The notes under the pieces are model-generated. The model made no database searches, was not told where the DNA came from, and saw only the letters and a list, made by a program, of their open reading frames with translations. 64,000 bases of DNA from Epiperipatus broadwayi (taxonomy: Eukaryota; Animalia; Onychophora). Every line of letters starts with the position of its first letter. Position 1 is the first letter of the stretch. Positions 40,314-54,192 of this stretch are shown one piece after another. The position numbers and the translations under genes were made by a program. Where the stretch lies: positions 27,404,001 to 27,468,000 of the forward strand of contig JAQFVV010000001.1 in assembly GCA_028023455.1 (NCBI GenBank). Direction: 5' to 3'.

Positions 40314-41630
40314 TGGTTGTTGTATTTATATATTTGGACTATTTCCATCATCTAATATTAAGTATTGAATGTCTTTAGAAAAGTGTGACTTTATTTCAAT
40401 ATAACACAGATTAGTATATGCGCAACGTTTCAAGGGGTATTATTCTTTCCCTTTCTTCTGTTGTTGCTGGCATGACCAGTGGCAATATTAGCATGGGAAT
40501 TGAACCTGGATTCTTAGATTTTTGAATATTGAATTTTAAGATAACACTCTAATCAACTAAGTTATCCTGCCAATGGCAACAGTCAGTAAAAATTTCATAT
40601 ACTTAACTATGAGTTATACCAGATTGATTTATTTCATTTATTTATCCACCATTGTCATATGAGTGGCTTCTTTGAATTTTTTCCTTATACCTTTTCCTCT
40701 CTATCCAATATTTTTGTATTTTTCCAATTGAATTTATGTTCATTGGTACATGCAGGGTATCAATTAGAGATATCTGTTTTCTCTCTTCTAATCATCAGTT
40801 TGTGTTTTTGTAATTGCTTTTCAATGGCGGGACTGGTCTTACCAAGATACATTCTTCCACATTCTCACATAATTTTATAGATGCTGTTTTTGCTTTTTAG
40901 GCTTTCAAGTTTAAGCTTTGTAGAAGTTAGAATGACTCTGTATATAAAACTGTTTTGATGTTACACTGATTGTAGATTTTTCTTAATTTGTCTGATGATA
41001 TTTTTGGTATGTATGGGTACATTATAATACTAATGATTGTTTTTTCGATGGATAACCATTTTTCATAAGAATTTGTTCTATATAGATATTTTCTTTTTTG
41101 AAATTGCTGATTTCTGAAGAAACTTCTTTTGCTCTGTTCTATAGTGATAATTTAATTCTATATTTTGTGTTTCTGGTGTAATTGGATGTATAGGCTAAGT
41201 ATTTTCCTGTATGTGTTGGTTTTCTGTAAACTGTAGTTTTGATTTTAGCATAAGGGAATCTTGACCCAAGAACATCTAAGAAGGCCAATTTTTGTTTTTG
41301 TTCTGATTCTATTGTGAATTTAATTGAAGGGAATATGTTGTTGATGCATTTCCTGAAAGTTTATAATAGTGTTTCACCATGTGGCCATACAGCAAATGTA
41401 TCATCTATATAGTTAAGCCAAACTTTATATGGATATGGAGTAATCTTTATGGTTGTCATTTCTAGATCTTGCATGCAAATACCTCTCAAACTGTTATGCA
41501 TATACTAACCTGTGTGCCATTACTAACAGTTGAATGTAACTGGAATATTTAAATAAAGTTAAATTTTTTTAAAGACATTAAATACTTAAAATTAGTTGAT
41601 GGAAATAGTCTTATATATAAATACAACTAA
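40314..41630 (-). mobile_element. Penelope-like element (family 1), truncated, with an inverted tail at its 5' side
   Basis: Minus-strand WLNYIDDTFAVWPHGET and KLAFLDVL (RT), and SIYKIM*ECGRMYLGKT (GIY-YIG). Tail 40363-40560 on minus; inverted tail copy 41485-41584 on plus. Confidence 0.88.
40419..40467 (-). ncRNA. Decayed minimal hammerhead (PLE family 1)
   Basis: Minus strand: caa-CAGAAGA (U4 to A)-a-AGGG..CCCT-t-GAAA-CG-TT-gcgc. Confidence 0.6.
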
Positions 41631-42599
41631 AATCCCATCATCACAATCTTTAGGAAACATCAGATGTGTGTATGTAAAAAAATAAATGAAAGCATTTTCC
41701 TACTAATATTTTTTTTAAAATGATTATTCTTTAAATAAAATACTTTTTTTAAAAGTTAAATATTAAATAAAATATATCAACTTATTATTTGAATCATTTT
41801 AGTTTGTTGTAATTGTGCTATAAAAGCATATTTGTTAGTTACCAAATATGATGGTTTTTTTTCTTCAGACTCAATTTACGATTTTGTAACTTAGCTTCTA
41901 ATGTTATGTTTGATAAATAATTATTATTTGGATTAGTGTCTGAATATTTCATGCCTAGAAGGAAGCAAAATTTACTCTATCCAGCTCATTGGAATTCTGG
42001 TAAATGAGAGAAATAAATGTCTCCGTTTTCTTTTTGATTAGCACTCCATTTTGTTTATACGATCCAAAAATAATAAATAAATAAATAAACAAATAAGTCC
42101 TTTTATTGTGAATTCTGAAGACAAATATTTCTGATATTGTGCAGTTGAAGACTTTAGTTTGTTTCTTTCCTTTCTGCCTTTTCACCTATCAGACTGTTAA
42201 ATTCAAGAATTTTTTTTTTTACATTACCACATGACAACATAGCATTTAAAAATAAAACTAATTATAAACAAAAATAAAAATAATAAAATTTTGCATATTC
42301 ATATTTTTTTCTTTTACAATAATAATAATCCATATGATTTATTTTTTTTATGTATCACCAAGACTAATCACTAATACTGTTAATATATTTTTATATAGTA
42401 AAATAAATATATGGGTTTACCTGTATTTTTACTGTTTATTCCCTACACATACACATATTCCATTCTCTTTATGAACAATTTTCTACTTATAATAATAAAA
42501 AAAAACTTTGTGTTATGCTATCTTAATGATCATTATTTTAAAGCAAAACTAATTAAATAATAAAACACTTATTTTTTTTTATTGTATTGGGATTCTCCC

Positions 42600-44510
42600 A
42601 TATTGCCACAATTCTCCTTTCTTTCCAAAAAAAACAAAATACTTATAAGCAGAAAATTATAGCTATCTAATATTAACATTATAGAATGAATCAATTTAAT
42701 ATCATGCCATTCATTAAAACAATTCCTATGTAATATTTATTCCATTTGCTGAATAACTCTTTATTAAATGTGAAGAGTCTATAACCTTAATACAATTACT
42801 ATCTTTTAAAATTTGAATTTAGCATTATCAATTTCTCACTGTTTTAAGCCTATAACTAATAAATAAATGCTTTCTGTGAATAGTCTCAGAGTATACCAAT
42901 AAATGAGTAAAATTTCTTATTATTGGGAATCTTATACAGAGTATCCTTACCTTCAAGTATTATTTCTTTTTTTGTTTTATTTCCACTCATATTCAATCTC
43001 TTTTGATTATTAAAAAGGTTTGGATAGCTAGATGTTATCTTATTTATACCAACATATTGCTAATGTTTTAAACTTTTTTCTCTATATTTTTCTATACTCA
43101 CTTCTTTCCTGATTCTTTTGAAATATTTGTTCACATTTTAACACTTTTATGTAATGTACCCTTTCCATTTCATCATCTTGAACTGCACACCTTTGTTTTT
43201 TCCCACATATTATTCCTTCTATTCCATCCTACATTTTACTATTACCTAATATTTCTTGGATTTCCAGAAATCCTTTATTGTCATTTATTTCTTTTCAATC
43301 ATTTTGATGATCTTGAATTTCATACTGCTAAACTAATAGTCTACCTCTACATTAATTCTACTTCTCTTGATGCTTCTTGAAATTTTTGCTGTTCCACTAA
43401 TTTTGTTTCAACATCATTAGACTTTCTCTTTGTATTTTCTTGGAAATACCTCTACTTCAAATTCAGGTTCATCAATTTTTAGCTCATGATTTAAGTTAAC
43501 TTTACTTTAAAAATCTTGTATAATTTCAACATCTTTTGAAATTCCATCAACTTCTACATCAATTTTCATTTTATTTGATTTATTCTCTAAACACTCAACA
43601 TATTTTTCTTTCAATTTTAGAATCTTGCTGAGAATTTTCCCTTCATTTATCCCATTTCTCTGTTAAATCTTCTTCTATCTTCTGACAATTACGTGACCTT
43701 TCTGTAACTTAATTATCTGTTTTTTTTTTTTTTTTCATCTTTTTTTATTTATTTAATTAACTACTTTCTTGACAACTTTATTCAATTCCTCACCAAATTC
43801 ATTTTCCAAATTCTGAATTTTTTGTTTAAAATCTTGCCGAAGCTCCTCTTCTGATTCAGCAGTTTGTTTGTGTATTCTTTTCCCTTCATTTATCCCATTT
43901 CTCTGTTAAATCTTCTTCTATCTTCTGACAATTACGTGACCTTTCTGTAACTTAATTATCTGTTTTGTTTTGTTTTTTTCATCTTTTTTTATTTATTTAA
44001 TTAACTACTTTCTTGACAACTTTATTCAATTCCTCACCAAATTCATTTTCCAAATTCTGAATTTTTTGTTTAAAATCTTGCTGAAGCTCCTCTTCTGATT
44101 CAACAGTTTGTTTGTGTATTCTTTTACTTACACCAACAAAATTGATGTCACATTTTTTATTATTTTCTTTTCTAAATCTGCTAACTTTGAATTTATTTTT
44201 TTAAACTCCCTTTTATTTTTTCTAAGTTTTCAGGTGAAGTTTTCAAATTTGGAATTCATCCTTTTGATATATTCTATTTTCTTAAAATTTTTTATTTAAC
44301 TTTTGAATATTTTTTTCAAAATTTTGATCTAATTTTTGATTACTTTCTTCAAATTTGGAATTCATCTCTTTGATCTCTATCCTACTTTTATCTAACTTTG
44401 GTTATTTTCTTCAAATTTTTGATCTAATTTTTGTTATAAGATTTCCATCATTTCTTCCACAGACAGTTTAGAATTTTATTTTTCAAATTCATTGCTCTTC
44501 CATTTTCTTT
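42600..44510 (-). mobile_element. Decayed retroelement-like coding remnant with coiled-coil repeats
   Basis: Minus strand reads K/E/N-rich heptad-like stretches (QKLDQKFEENNQ, repeated as ESNQKLDQNFEK) with many stops. gag/ORF1-like by inference only. Confidence 0.4.
43635..44125. repeat. 243-bp near-identical tandem duplication
   Basis: ttttcccttcatttatccc...gtttgtttgtgtattc at 43635-43877 and again from 43878, with only a few differences. Confidence 0.92.
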
Positions 44511-46744
44511 AAATTTCTTTTGTAAACAATATTTTAGTATGAGAATGAGATTGATATCTATCCCTCCTCATATTTTAAATATCACATTTCTTTCATTTTT
44601 AAAAAAAAATATAATCAATTTTTTATTAATTAACCTATTATTTTATATTTTATTAGACTCTCTCTAACATTAAGTTATTCCATGGCATGGTTGCTCATCT
44701 CATTTCATCTCAAATATATGGGTTTATTTTATCATGCTCTATTTTTTTTTGCTTTAATTATAGATCATTTCTTCCTTTTCCAAAATTTTATACTTCAATC
44801 ATGCTCAGTAGAATCCATGATAACTATGAATGAAAGTATCAAAGTTTTTTGGCAAGATTCTCTATAAAAGTTTGTGATAGTGTATTATCAACAATATATT
44901 TCTCTAACACCATAACACTATTTCATGACCACAAGCTGGATTTATTAAATATAAACCATTTGACAAGCAACAACTAGGTATTCTATCTTTAGTAATTTCT
45001 AAACAAACCTAAGCAACCGAAAATTAAGCCTCTGGTATCTACACTTCATTGATAAACTCAGGTATTAACCATCTGGCATTTTATCAAAATTTACACGTAT
45101 TCTCAGGTGCTAGTATGATAACAATTTCTTTCACATGGAACTAATATACACCTTTTCATCCAATGATTCTTTAAGGTAAACATGCACTTAAAATAGATCT
45201 ACACAAAAATCCATTTCATACCTCACAAGGAATCTTCCAAGTGAATCTCACTTATTCTCTCTTGTTCATATCTAACATCACCAATAACAAACCTGCCAAT
45301 GGTTTTAATTAAAATGCTACATTTTCCATTAAGTCATTACATTTGCTTAAATTAATTATCAGGTTTTCAAGTTACAGATCTATTACAATTTTTCTTTTCT
45401 CAAGTTGTAAAAAAAAGTTATCTTCTAAATATCAAACAAAAACTATTGAAGAATTACGGATATGTTTTTTTTTAACAAAATCATTAATTAACTTGCTTCA
45501 ATAGATATAAGCTTCAAAGTACATATTTTTCATTCAAAGTATAAATTTATCAACAACACTGTTCATTTAAGGGATATACGTTTATCATGGCCCATACTTT
45601 TCCTGTTAAGAATATAATTTTGTCAACACTACACAGTTGGGATCCAACATGTAATAGTGGGAAAAGGAGCATGTAATGATTCCCCATGAATGGGAATCAT
45701 ATTGTAATGGTAGAAGATTCCTAATTAATTAAAAAATAAAGAATTATATTAGTCATCCCAACCTGCAAGCATTTTTAAATTACAAGTCCCATGCAAGTCA
45801 GGATGTTTACCTATTGCATAGTTATGAAGATATGCTTTCTTAAAAGAATCATAAGCTTTTCTACAATGTGGTATTTTATTTAATTACACTAACAAATCTT
45901 ATATACAAGTTTTCTTGATACTAGTGAGTGTTATGGTACTATAGAAATCCAGAGTATATAAATCTGCATGTATAGTAAGTTGATAGCTTCAGTGAGTCTT
46001 GATATGAATCATTTCTCCTTAGCAAATGTTCCTCTCCATTAGCTCACTCATTTTCATCTAAATAAACTGGACTTGGGAATATTTAATGAGTGCAAAATAT
46101 TAATAAGCTTTGCATATTAATTATCTAGATATGACTCTAAATTTTTATTCTATTATAACATTATACTAAAGTGAGATGTAAAGATAATGAATGATCTGTG
46201 CTATACAACTATGTTATTCTTACTATTTAAATATAGACTTAAATATATTTTACTTTTCAATTCATTCTCTTAGGGCAGACTGAAAAGAAATTAAATATTA
46301 ATTTACATTATTGTAGATATTTTTTGTTAATATAATTGAAACTTTATGTTTAATATTTAAACATATGATTTAAATATTAAGTCCGTGTTGTTAGATGGAA
46401 TTTTCTGATCAAATTCATAACTATAAAAGACAATATCATTTTTATTGTTTTGGTTATTCAGCATAAGTATTTATCTTTGTTTACAAAAAAATTAACTCAA
46501 TGGAGTTGATGCTTCACGTATGTTAAGTTCTCTTTCTGAAAGCAGTTACAGTAACTAAACATGAAGTCTTATGACTAAAAGGTAACACTTGATCGGCATA
46601 AATGTTAGTTTGCCATTGCATGCCAAACTCTTAACATAATTTGTGTTATGCGAATTTTAGAAGTGTATCATAGAATTTCACAATCTTTTATATAATTACT
46701 CTGGAATACTATATTAACAAATTTCATTATATTAAAATTATCAA

Positions 46745-47046
46745 CAATAACTATCATTAAATGCAGTAGTTTGCTCTTTATTAAGGCTTCTTGGCATACT
46801 TAGTACTGGATTTTGAAATGGGATTTTTCGACATGCTTGTATTAGATTTTAGAAAGCAGTATTAGGAATGGATTTTTATTACTCATAATGCTGAAATACT
46901 ATATTGACAAATGTCGTTACTTATGATTATCAGCAATAATTATCATTAAGTGCAGTAATTTGTTTTTTATTTAAAGCTTCTTGGAATGCTTTGTACTAGA
47001 TTTTAGAAAGAATACTAGGAATGGATTTTTATTATTCATATAATGC
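46745..47046. repeat. Diverged tandem duplication (~190-bp period)
   Basis: caataa.tatcattaa.tgcagta...ggaatggatttttatta.tcataatgct occurs at 46745 and 46934; the second copy is internally shorter. Confidence 0.75.
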
Positions 47047-50000
47047 TTTTTCTTGTATTTAAAGTAGTATGGAATTGAATTTTCTAAATTCTTGATATGG
47101 TCCCCATCTCAAAGATTTTCCATAACAAAACTTTGTGATTAGATAAAATAGATCACTTGATTTTTATTAAACCATTAGGTAAAGAATGATTTTATTGTGC
47201 ACTACTAATATATTTTTATGTGTACATGTTTATGTATTATATAACTATCAGAAAGAACATAACACACACACTTTATGTAAATTTAAGTAATTATACTTTT
47301 ATATTCATATATGCACTTGTGCAAAATTTTTAATTATCAATGCAACAGCATGAAAGTATTTTAATTTTAAATTTCTTTTGCATTAGATATATAAAAGCTG
47401 AGGGGGTAGAAAGAAAGAAAAAAGCTTAGCTGAGAAAATGTTAATAAGTCATCAAAATGTTTTCTCTGTTATTGTGTAAATGAGTTTTGCAGTGTTTTAA
47501 AAAAATTTATCATAATGGTTGAAATCTGAATACATACATAATGAAGACCTTTTATCTTAAGCTCATTAGCAGGAATAAAAGAATAATAAATTATAAAAGA
47601 ATGTTGAGTTGTACTTTTTTTTTTTTTAGTTTTTTACATGTATAATAATGTTAATTTTTTTTACTAAGTGACTTGTAAATTTGGATATTTTATTTCATTA
47701 TTTGTTAGCCAATTAAAATTGAACTTAATCATGCAAATATTTTTATATATATTAATGCTCTTATTTCTGAACATTTATATTCTATATGCATTAGAATAAG
47801 CATTAACTTACATTTTATGTAAATTTAAATATATAAGTACACTAATTATCATTGTGAGGATGTGATTCCTGATTTTAATGGACATGATCTTTTAAAAATA
47901 TTTTATCTTCTAGGTTTTTAGGACAAAAATTTTATAGCTACAATTGTTTTAATAGCAATTTTAAAATACAATGTTTACACCAAAGAGTTTGATAAATGCA
48001 TTTGATATCTAATTGTTAATAAAGAATTAATTACATTTCCTTTAATTGAATAACTTCTCTATGAAGAGATTTTAGCTTTGAATACATAAATAAAAATTTA
48101 CTTTTTGATGTGAAATTGTTAGAAATAAATTTCCCTCTTTAGTTTAGTGCAGTGTTAAAGTGCTGAATTTGAAAATGAAGATCTATTATCATAATTTGGC
48201 TTTGTTATTTCCAGTATTTAAATATCATATGAACTTCTGAGTTACATATTCAGTTATTATTAAAAATAAATTGATTTGAAATTGAAAATATGTTCATAAT
48301 AATGTTAATGTAATTGGATTTATGCAATTATAACAGTAATTGAAGACAAATACATAATAACTCATAGTTATATGTTCTTAATAATAATAGCAAAAACAAT
48401 GACTTATAATTACAACAATTAAAATGGATTAATGAATTTATTTAAATACAATTAATAAACTTTCAAATAATAATAATAATAATCTTTGCTTAAATCTATA
48501 TTTAAATATTATAATTCATTTTTGTGAAATCCTAGTCAATTGTAGTAACTAAGTATTGATAGTTTTTTCTAACAAAGATTTTACTGTTGTTTCTGAAAAT
48601 ATATATCACTTTTAAGTATGCTTATATGATTATAGTTAGTTGTAACTTTTTTTATTATGTAATCAATGACTTGAACAACATAACTAAAATTAGGGATTGT
48701 GTATACTTTAATTCACATTGGTGTAAATTTCTTTACTGTGGTTTTTATTGATATTACTTTATGTTAATCAAAAGGGAGATATACCCTGTATAATAATTGA
48801 GATTTTATTTCAATACATTATGAATCTATTTATATGATGTTGATATAATCCCTAATTCACAATATTTTTATATTTTTTACTTGATTATTATTAATTCTAT
48901 ATTTATCATTTTTTTTATATAATTGTTCATGATTCAATTAGATATAAATAGCAAAATTTAATTTGTGGAAATACTTTATATCAATAAAGTTCTATAATGG
49001 ATTCTATTGTCAAAATAATATACACAACCAAAGTTATTCTGTTATTTTCATTCAATAAATATTTCAAATGTTTTTGGCATTGACATTATCAATACTTTTG
49101 TCGAATGTATTTTTTTTTTTTTCATAGAAGCTGCCATCTGCAACACCAGATAAATCTCAATAGAGTCAGAGGTGCCCTGATTTTCTTCCTGTCATTAACA
49201 TTGAAAGATGGCAGTAGAAAATGAGATAATTTGTGTGCCTATATTTGAAATGTATGTGTTTTTTTTGTCCTTGAAAAAAAAAGGATTTTTATCCACGACA
49301 TTTTTAAATAAAAATTGCATTGTTTACAAATTCTACTAAATGATCATTTCCGTGAATCATTTAGAAAATTGACCGCTGGAAATAATCCAAATAAAAATGC
49401 AACCAATTTAATTTATTGAGTGTTTCACCATTATGACTGTTTTTGAATAATAGTCCACACATTAAATGAATTTGAAGCTAGGTATGTGCAGTATAATTTA
49501 TAATTGGCTCACTACCAGTTTTTTAAAATTATATGCATCATGGTTGCATATATTAGAATGTTAAGATTAAAGATCTGATCTGAGTAGTTTCTTTTAAAAA
49601 AATTATACTTAAGTTGTGGAAATGGTCTAGACTTTTTGAAGATATAGGAGTTTTAGAAATGCAGAGATTTTATTAATATCATAATTGTAAAATTAGCTAT
49701 GTTGCAATATCACTTCTAGAATATAGTGGCATTTATAATCATTACTTTAATCTTGATGGGTTAATTAATATTTGTTTTTTGTTTTTTACCAGTTACTTCA
49801 TGCTTTTATTCACTTGTGAGATGTTTATGAAGTAATTGCAAATCAAATCTTTGGATATTTAGATGACCAGATAACTTATTATTTACACTGAAGAATTTTT
49901 GGTTAGAAAAAGAAATTCAGTTATTTTTGAAAAGATATTGGTTAGTGCTTTAATTATCAGAATGTTTATGATTCCTATTATATTGATGATAACATGTATT

Positions 50001-51791
50001 AAAATCATAATATTTTTTCCCAATGATGATATAAAGATTTCTGGAATTATTATAGCCAATTTTTTTACATTATTGATATTGTCATATAATGCAAAAAGTG
50101 GTTGTCATAATGGGGATTCATGGGTAATTTTTTTTATAACTTGAAACATTGGAGAAACTCTGAGGAAGTTTATTATTGAAATTTATCTATTTTATTCATT
50201 TAAAGTATTTGATTATATAATTTATTTTAGGATTCTTGGGTTAAATTATTATATTTGGTATACTAATATTTCTAGATTTGCATGGTCATATTTTTAATTC
50301 AAAATCAGTTGTCACTTTAATCAAATATTAAGTACAGTAATTTTATGCAAAGATGATTTTTATGTAGTAAAGAATGAATTAGAGAAAAAAATACATTTAA
50401 GAATAGAATGAAGTGTATTTATCAAAATTGTTATGAAAATTTTTATATAACTATCCTAAAGTATAATTGGTTTTAATTCTGTAATGATTGAGTTGCTTTA
50501 TCTTTATTTATTACAAACATGATTTGTTTGTCAAGGTGTAGCATATTAAGATATTGCTTGGGTAATTTATTTCATATTATTTTCATATGCTAAGATAGGT
50601 TTAAGACTTTTGTTTAGAGAAAAGGGGATATTTGTGTATACTAATGTTGTCCCATTTATTTTTTCTCAATTCCACTTTGATTAATAAATCCTTTACCACA
50701 TTCGATTAATAAATTCTTTAACACATTTTGGATTAAAAAACACCTTTTGATAGTTTTAATTCTAATAAACAAATGATAAATAACAATTAATATTTTATTT
50801 TAGGCAGTTATCTAGCAGTATCAGCCTTACATGTGTAATAATCACTAGTGAAATATCTTTTTTTTTTTTCATTCCAACTTTTATATTTCACAAAATAATA
50901 ATAAACTCTTTAAACTATATGAAAACATTCAAATCATTCAAAGTTAAAAGAAAATAAAACAATATTTCATTAATATTTTTTTGATTAATAAATATTTTTT
51001 TTAAACTTTTAAGATAATAAAGGCAATTAACATGAAATTTGTTAACATGCACCCTCACAGCATTATAAATATGTAGTGATGGCAAAACCTATTTTAATAT
51101 TTGAAATTATGCTAATCAGAAAATAATCATTTTGTTATAAAATCATTTCAGTTATTTTTGAGATATAAAAACTTGAAATGAAAAAAGAAAATCAAATTTA
51201 AAATCAGAAATGTATGTAAAATTTAAAGAATTGGTTGATATTTGATTTTTGTTGATTTATTTTTACAGCTAATTTGCTTTGATTTATATCTTGCCATCCT
51301 TGAATAATGGCAAAGTTCAGAATTTTTAAAGGTTAAGCTTTTTCACAAGTTAGTTTGAAAATAAAATCTCATATAAGCATGTTGAATGATTTAAAAAAAA
51401 AAAAATTAGCTACCATGTTTCCCCCAAAATAAGATAACCTGAAAATAAGCTCTAGCACGTTTTTGAGGATATAATATGAGTCCTACTCCAAATATAAGCC
51501 CTAGTTAAGATCGCAGCTCAATAGTTGACTTTAGTTTGCCATTGAAACATATAGTGGATGTATTGAATTATAAAATAATGAATGTAAGAATAAACAATAT
51601 TATTAAAACTAATACTTAATATATAAGGGATTCTGTTAATTATTGTTAGAAATTAATATTCCGTGTCATTTTATATATATATTTTTGTGAAACTGGTATT
51701 TTTGATTGTTAAAAATGTACTTTTTAAGATTGATTTTGGGTGATATTCATATTTTTAGTATTGTTAGAAATTAATCTGATACAATTTCTGT

Positions 51792-52052
51792 CACATATTA
51801 GTCCTGCAACACATACTAGACATACTATGCCTTTTCACATACATATTCAGCCTGCCGATAACTTTGTAAATCTTGCAAAAATATCATATACATGTGGTTT
51901 GTTTTGACAAATTTATCATTTTAAGTTTGTACGAGATTCAAATGTACATGTTATTTTGGTCATATCACAAGATTAGAAAGTTATCAACGGATTGATACAA
52001 ATGTGAAAAGGCACAGCAGGTCTAATTTAACATGTTGCATGACTAATATGTA
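51792..52052. mobile_element. Small hairpin MITE-like element related to 34522-34770
   Basis: acatattagtcctgcaaca...ccttttcacat at left and atgtgaaaagg...tgttgcatgactaatatgt at right. Same terminal motifs and similar size. Confidence 0.65.
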
Positions 52053-54192
52053 AATACCAAAAATGCTGCAGAATAAGGAAGCTTAAATTGAAGTTACATA
52101 TATGCTTAATTTGGCAACAGATGCCCCCAGATAAATTTCTTAGAATTCTCTACTCCGGTTAAAAATATAATGGTAATTTTTGATAAATATTTTAAAAAAT
52201 TTTTTCTTCTTCAAGTATAAAGCAAATTTTTTTTTCTATCATTCGATATGCACTTCAATAAAAAAAAAAGATAAATCAAGCACTTTAGGCTTGAATTAAT
52301 TATTAATATATTACTTTTATAAAACCAATCAAAACTTAAAAATCTAACTAATATTTCATATAATTTAGCTCAAAATTATAAAATAACTTTTATTATAAAA
52401 GCATTGTTTGATTTTGAATGATCTGACATATTTTTTTTAAATATAAAAAATATTAAAATCTCCATTATATTTTATATATTTTTTTGTGTGTGTGAGAAAA
52501 ACTCTGTAGTTAACTCTTTATAACTTTACTGCATGTGTTAATAATTTTAATTATAGATCGTATCTTTTGATTGCAATCTGGAAGGAATAAATTATATATA
52601 TCCATTGTATGATGTTAGATTGCAGTTATTAAACAAATTCTTTGCTTTAATGCTTTAACCATCTCAGTGATTATTTAATCTAAGTGTCTGTTGATTGATT
52701 TATCACACAAATCATTCTATTATGTGATTTTGTTACATAATTTATTTTATCATTAATATATTTAACTGTACATCCCATACTATATCTTATCAGCAAATAA
52801 ATTATCACTTATTAAATTTATTTCCTTTTGCCAAGCAAAAGCACTTATCTCTGGATCTAGCCTTACAAATTCATGAGTCCATTGTAGATGTAAATCTAAA
52901 CTATCATAGAGCCATTTGTGGATTAATTAATTTATTTGTCTATTTATTAGTATTTTTTTTTTTTTTTTTAGTTGTCTAAGTACAACATTTATTCAGTATA
53001 TTTTAGATTACCCAAATATGTAATACAAAATTGGAGAAAATTACTTGGTCCATAATTTTATTCATTACATTTGGTTACTCAAATCTATGAGGTACGTGCA
53101 GGCCAACTAGCTCTGCTCAGTTATAATTATATTTTCTTTTATATTTATGATTACCCAAATTTGCAAGCTATTCAATGAACAGTTAGTTTTATATTATTCA
53201 TATTGTTGTTGGTTGATTTTCACTTAATCATATTATTTATTATTGTTGATGACCAGTATTTTATTGTTCCATTACATTTCTAGCTTGTCCAAATATGTGG
53301 GCATTTGTAGGTCAGGCAGCTTTTCATCCATTATTTTATTAATTGTCCATTATATTTTGGCTTATCCAACAGGGGAATATTACTATTTATGAGCCATTGC
53401 TGTTTCATTAGCATTATTCTTATATTTTATATTATTTTCTATTACAATATATATATATAATATTTTTCTTTAAAAATGCTTTTGTTTACATAAATATTAT
53501 AAAAAGTAATCCACTATTTTATACGACCGATATACATGACCACACACGTGAAAAAAATCAATGATCTTCAATATGTACGAGATAGAGTGAATAGGTGAAT
53601 GGAGTTTGAAAGTCTGTGTTCAAATCCCTTATAATTATATCTAAACTCTAAGGATATGAATTATGCTTATATTCGAATATTATAAAAAGCAATATAATTT
53701 TTTTCCACTTTTTACAGTGTTCTTAATATTATGCAGTCAAAACAATTACATGTGACATTCATGTTTGTGAACTTGAACACGGCAGACTTTTATTTTGATT
53801 ACATAATATCAAGAATATTGTAAAAACTGAAGAAAATTTACATTTTACTAAATTTATAAAAGCATTTCTTTAAAAATATATATTTTATTTTTTACTTTAG
53901 TTTTATAATTTTTTTTTAATCTAGAGAGCAAAATAATGAGTTATCTACAAATTTCAAGTTATATTTTAATGCCAAAATAATTTTTTAAATGCATTTGTTT
54001 AAAAACAAATATAAACCTTTGTTTATTTAAATAAAATTAATTTAATTTGAAGAATCAAAAATTTTGAAGATAGTATCTTTTTCATTGTAGCTTAGTTGGC
54101 TGTTTTCTTTGTAATATTATGCACATTTAATGATGCTATGGAAAAAAATATAAAGTCTCAACTAAGTTAAGGATTTTACAAATAATCATAGC

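Noticed and set aside
48209-48232. FQYLNII, resembling IDE FQYLNML
   Set aside because: Stop codon directly after, and no HV.DI upstream or GP.EW downstream. The same applies to IFQYI at 36502 and FQYIM at 48808.
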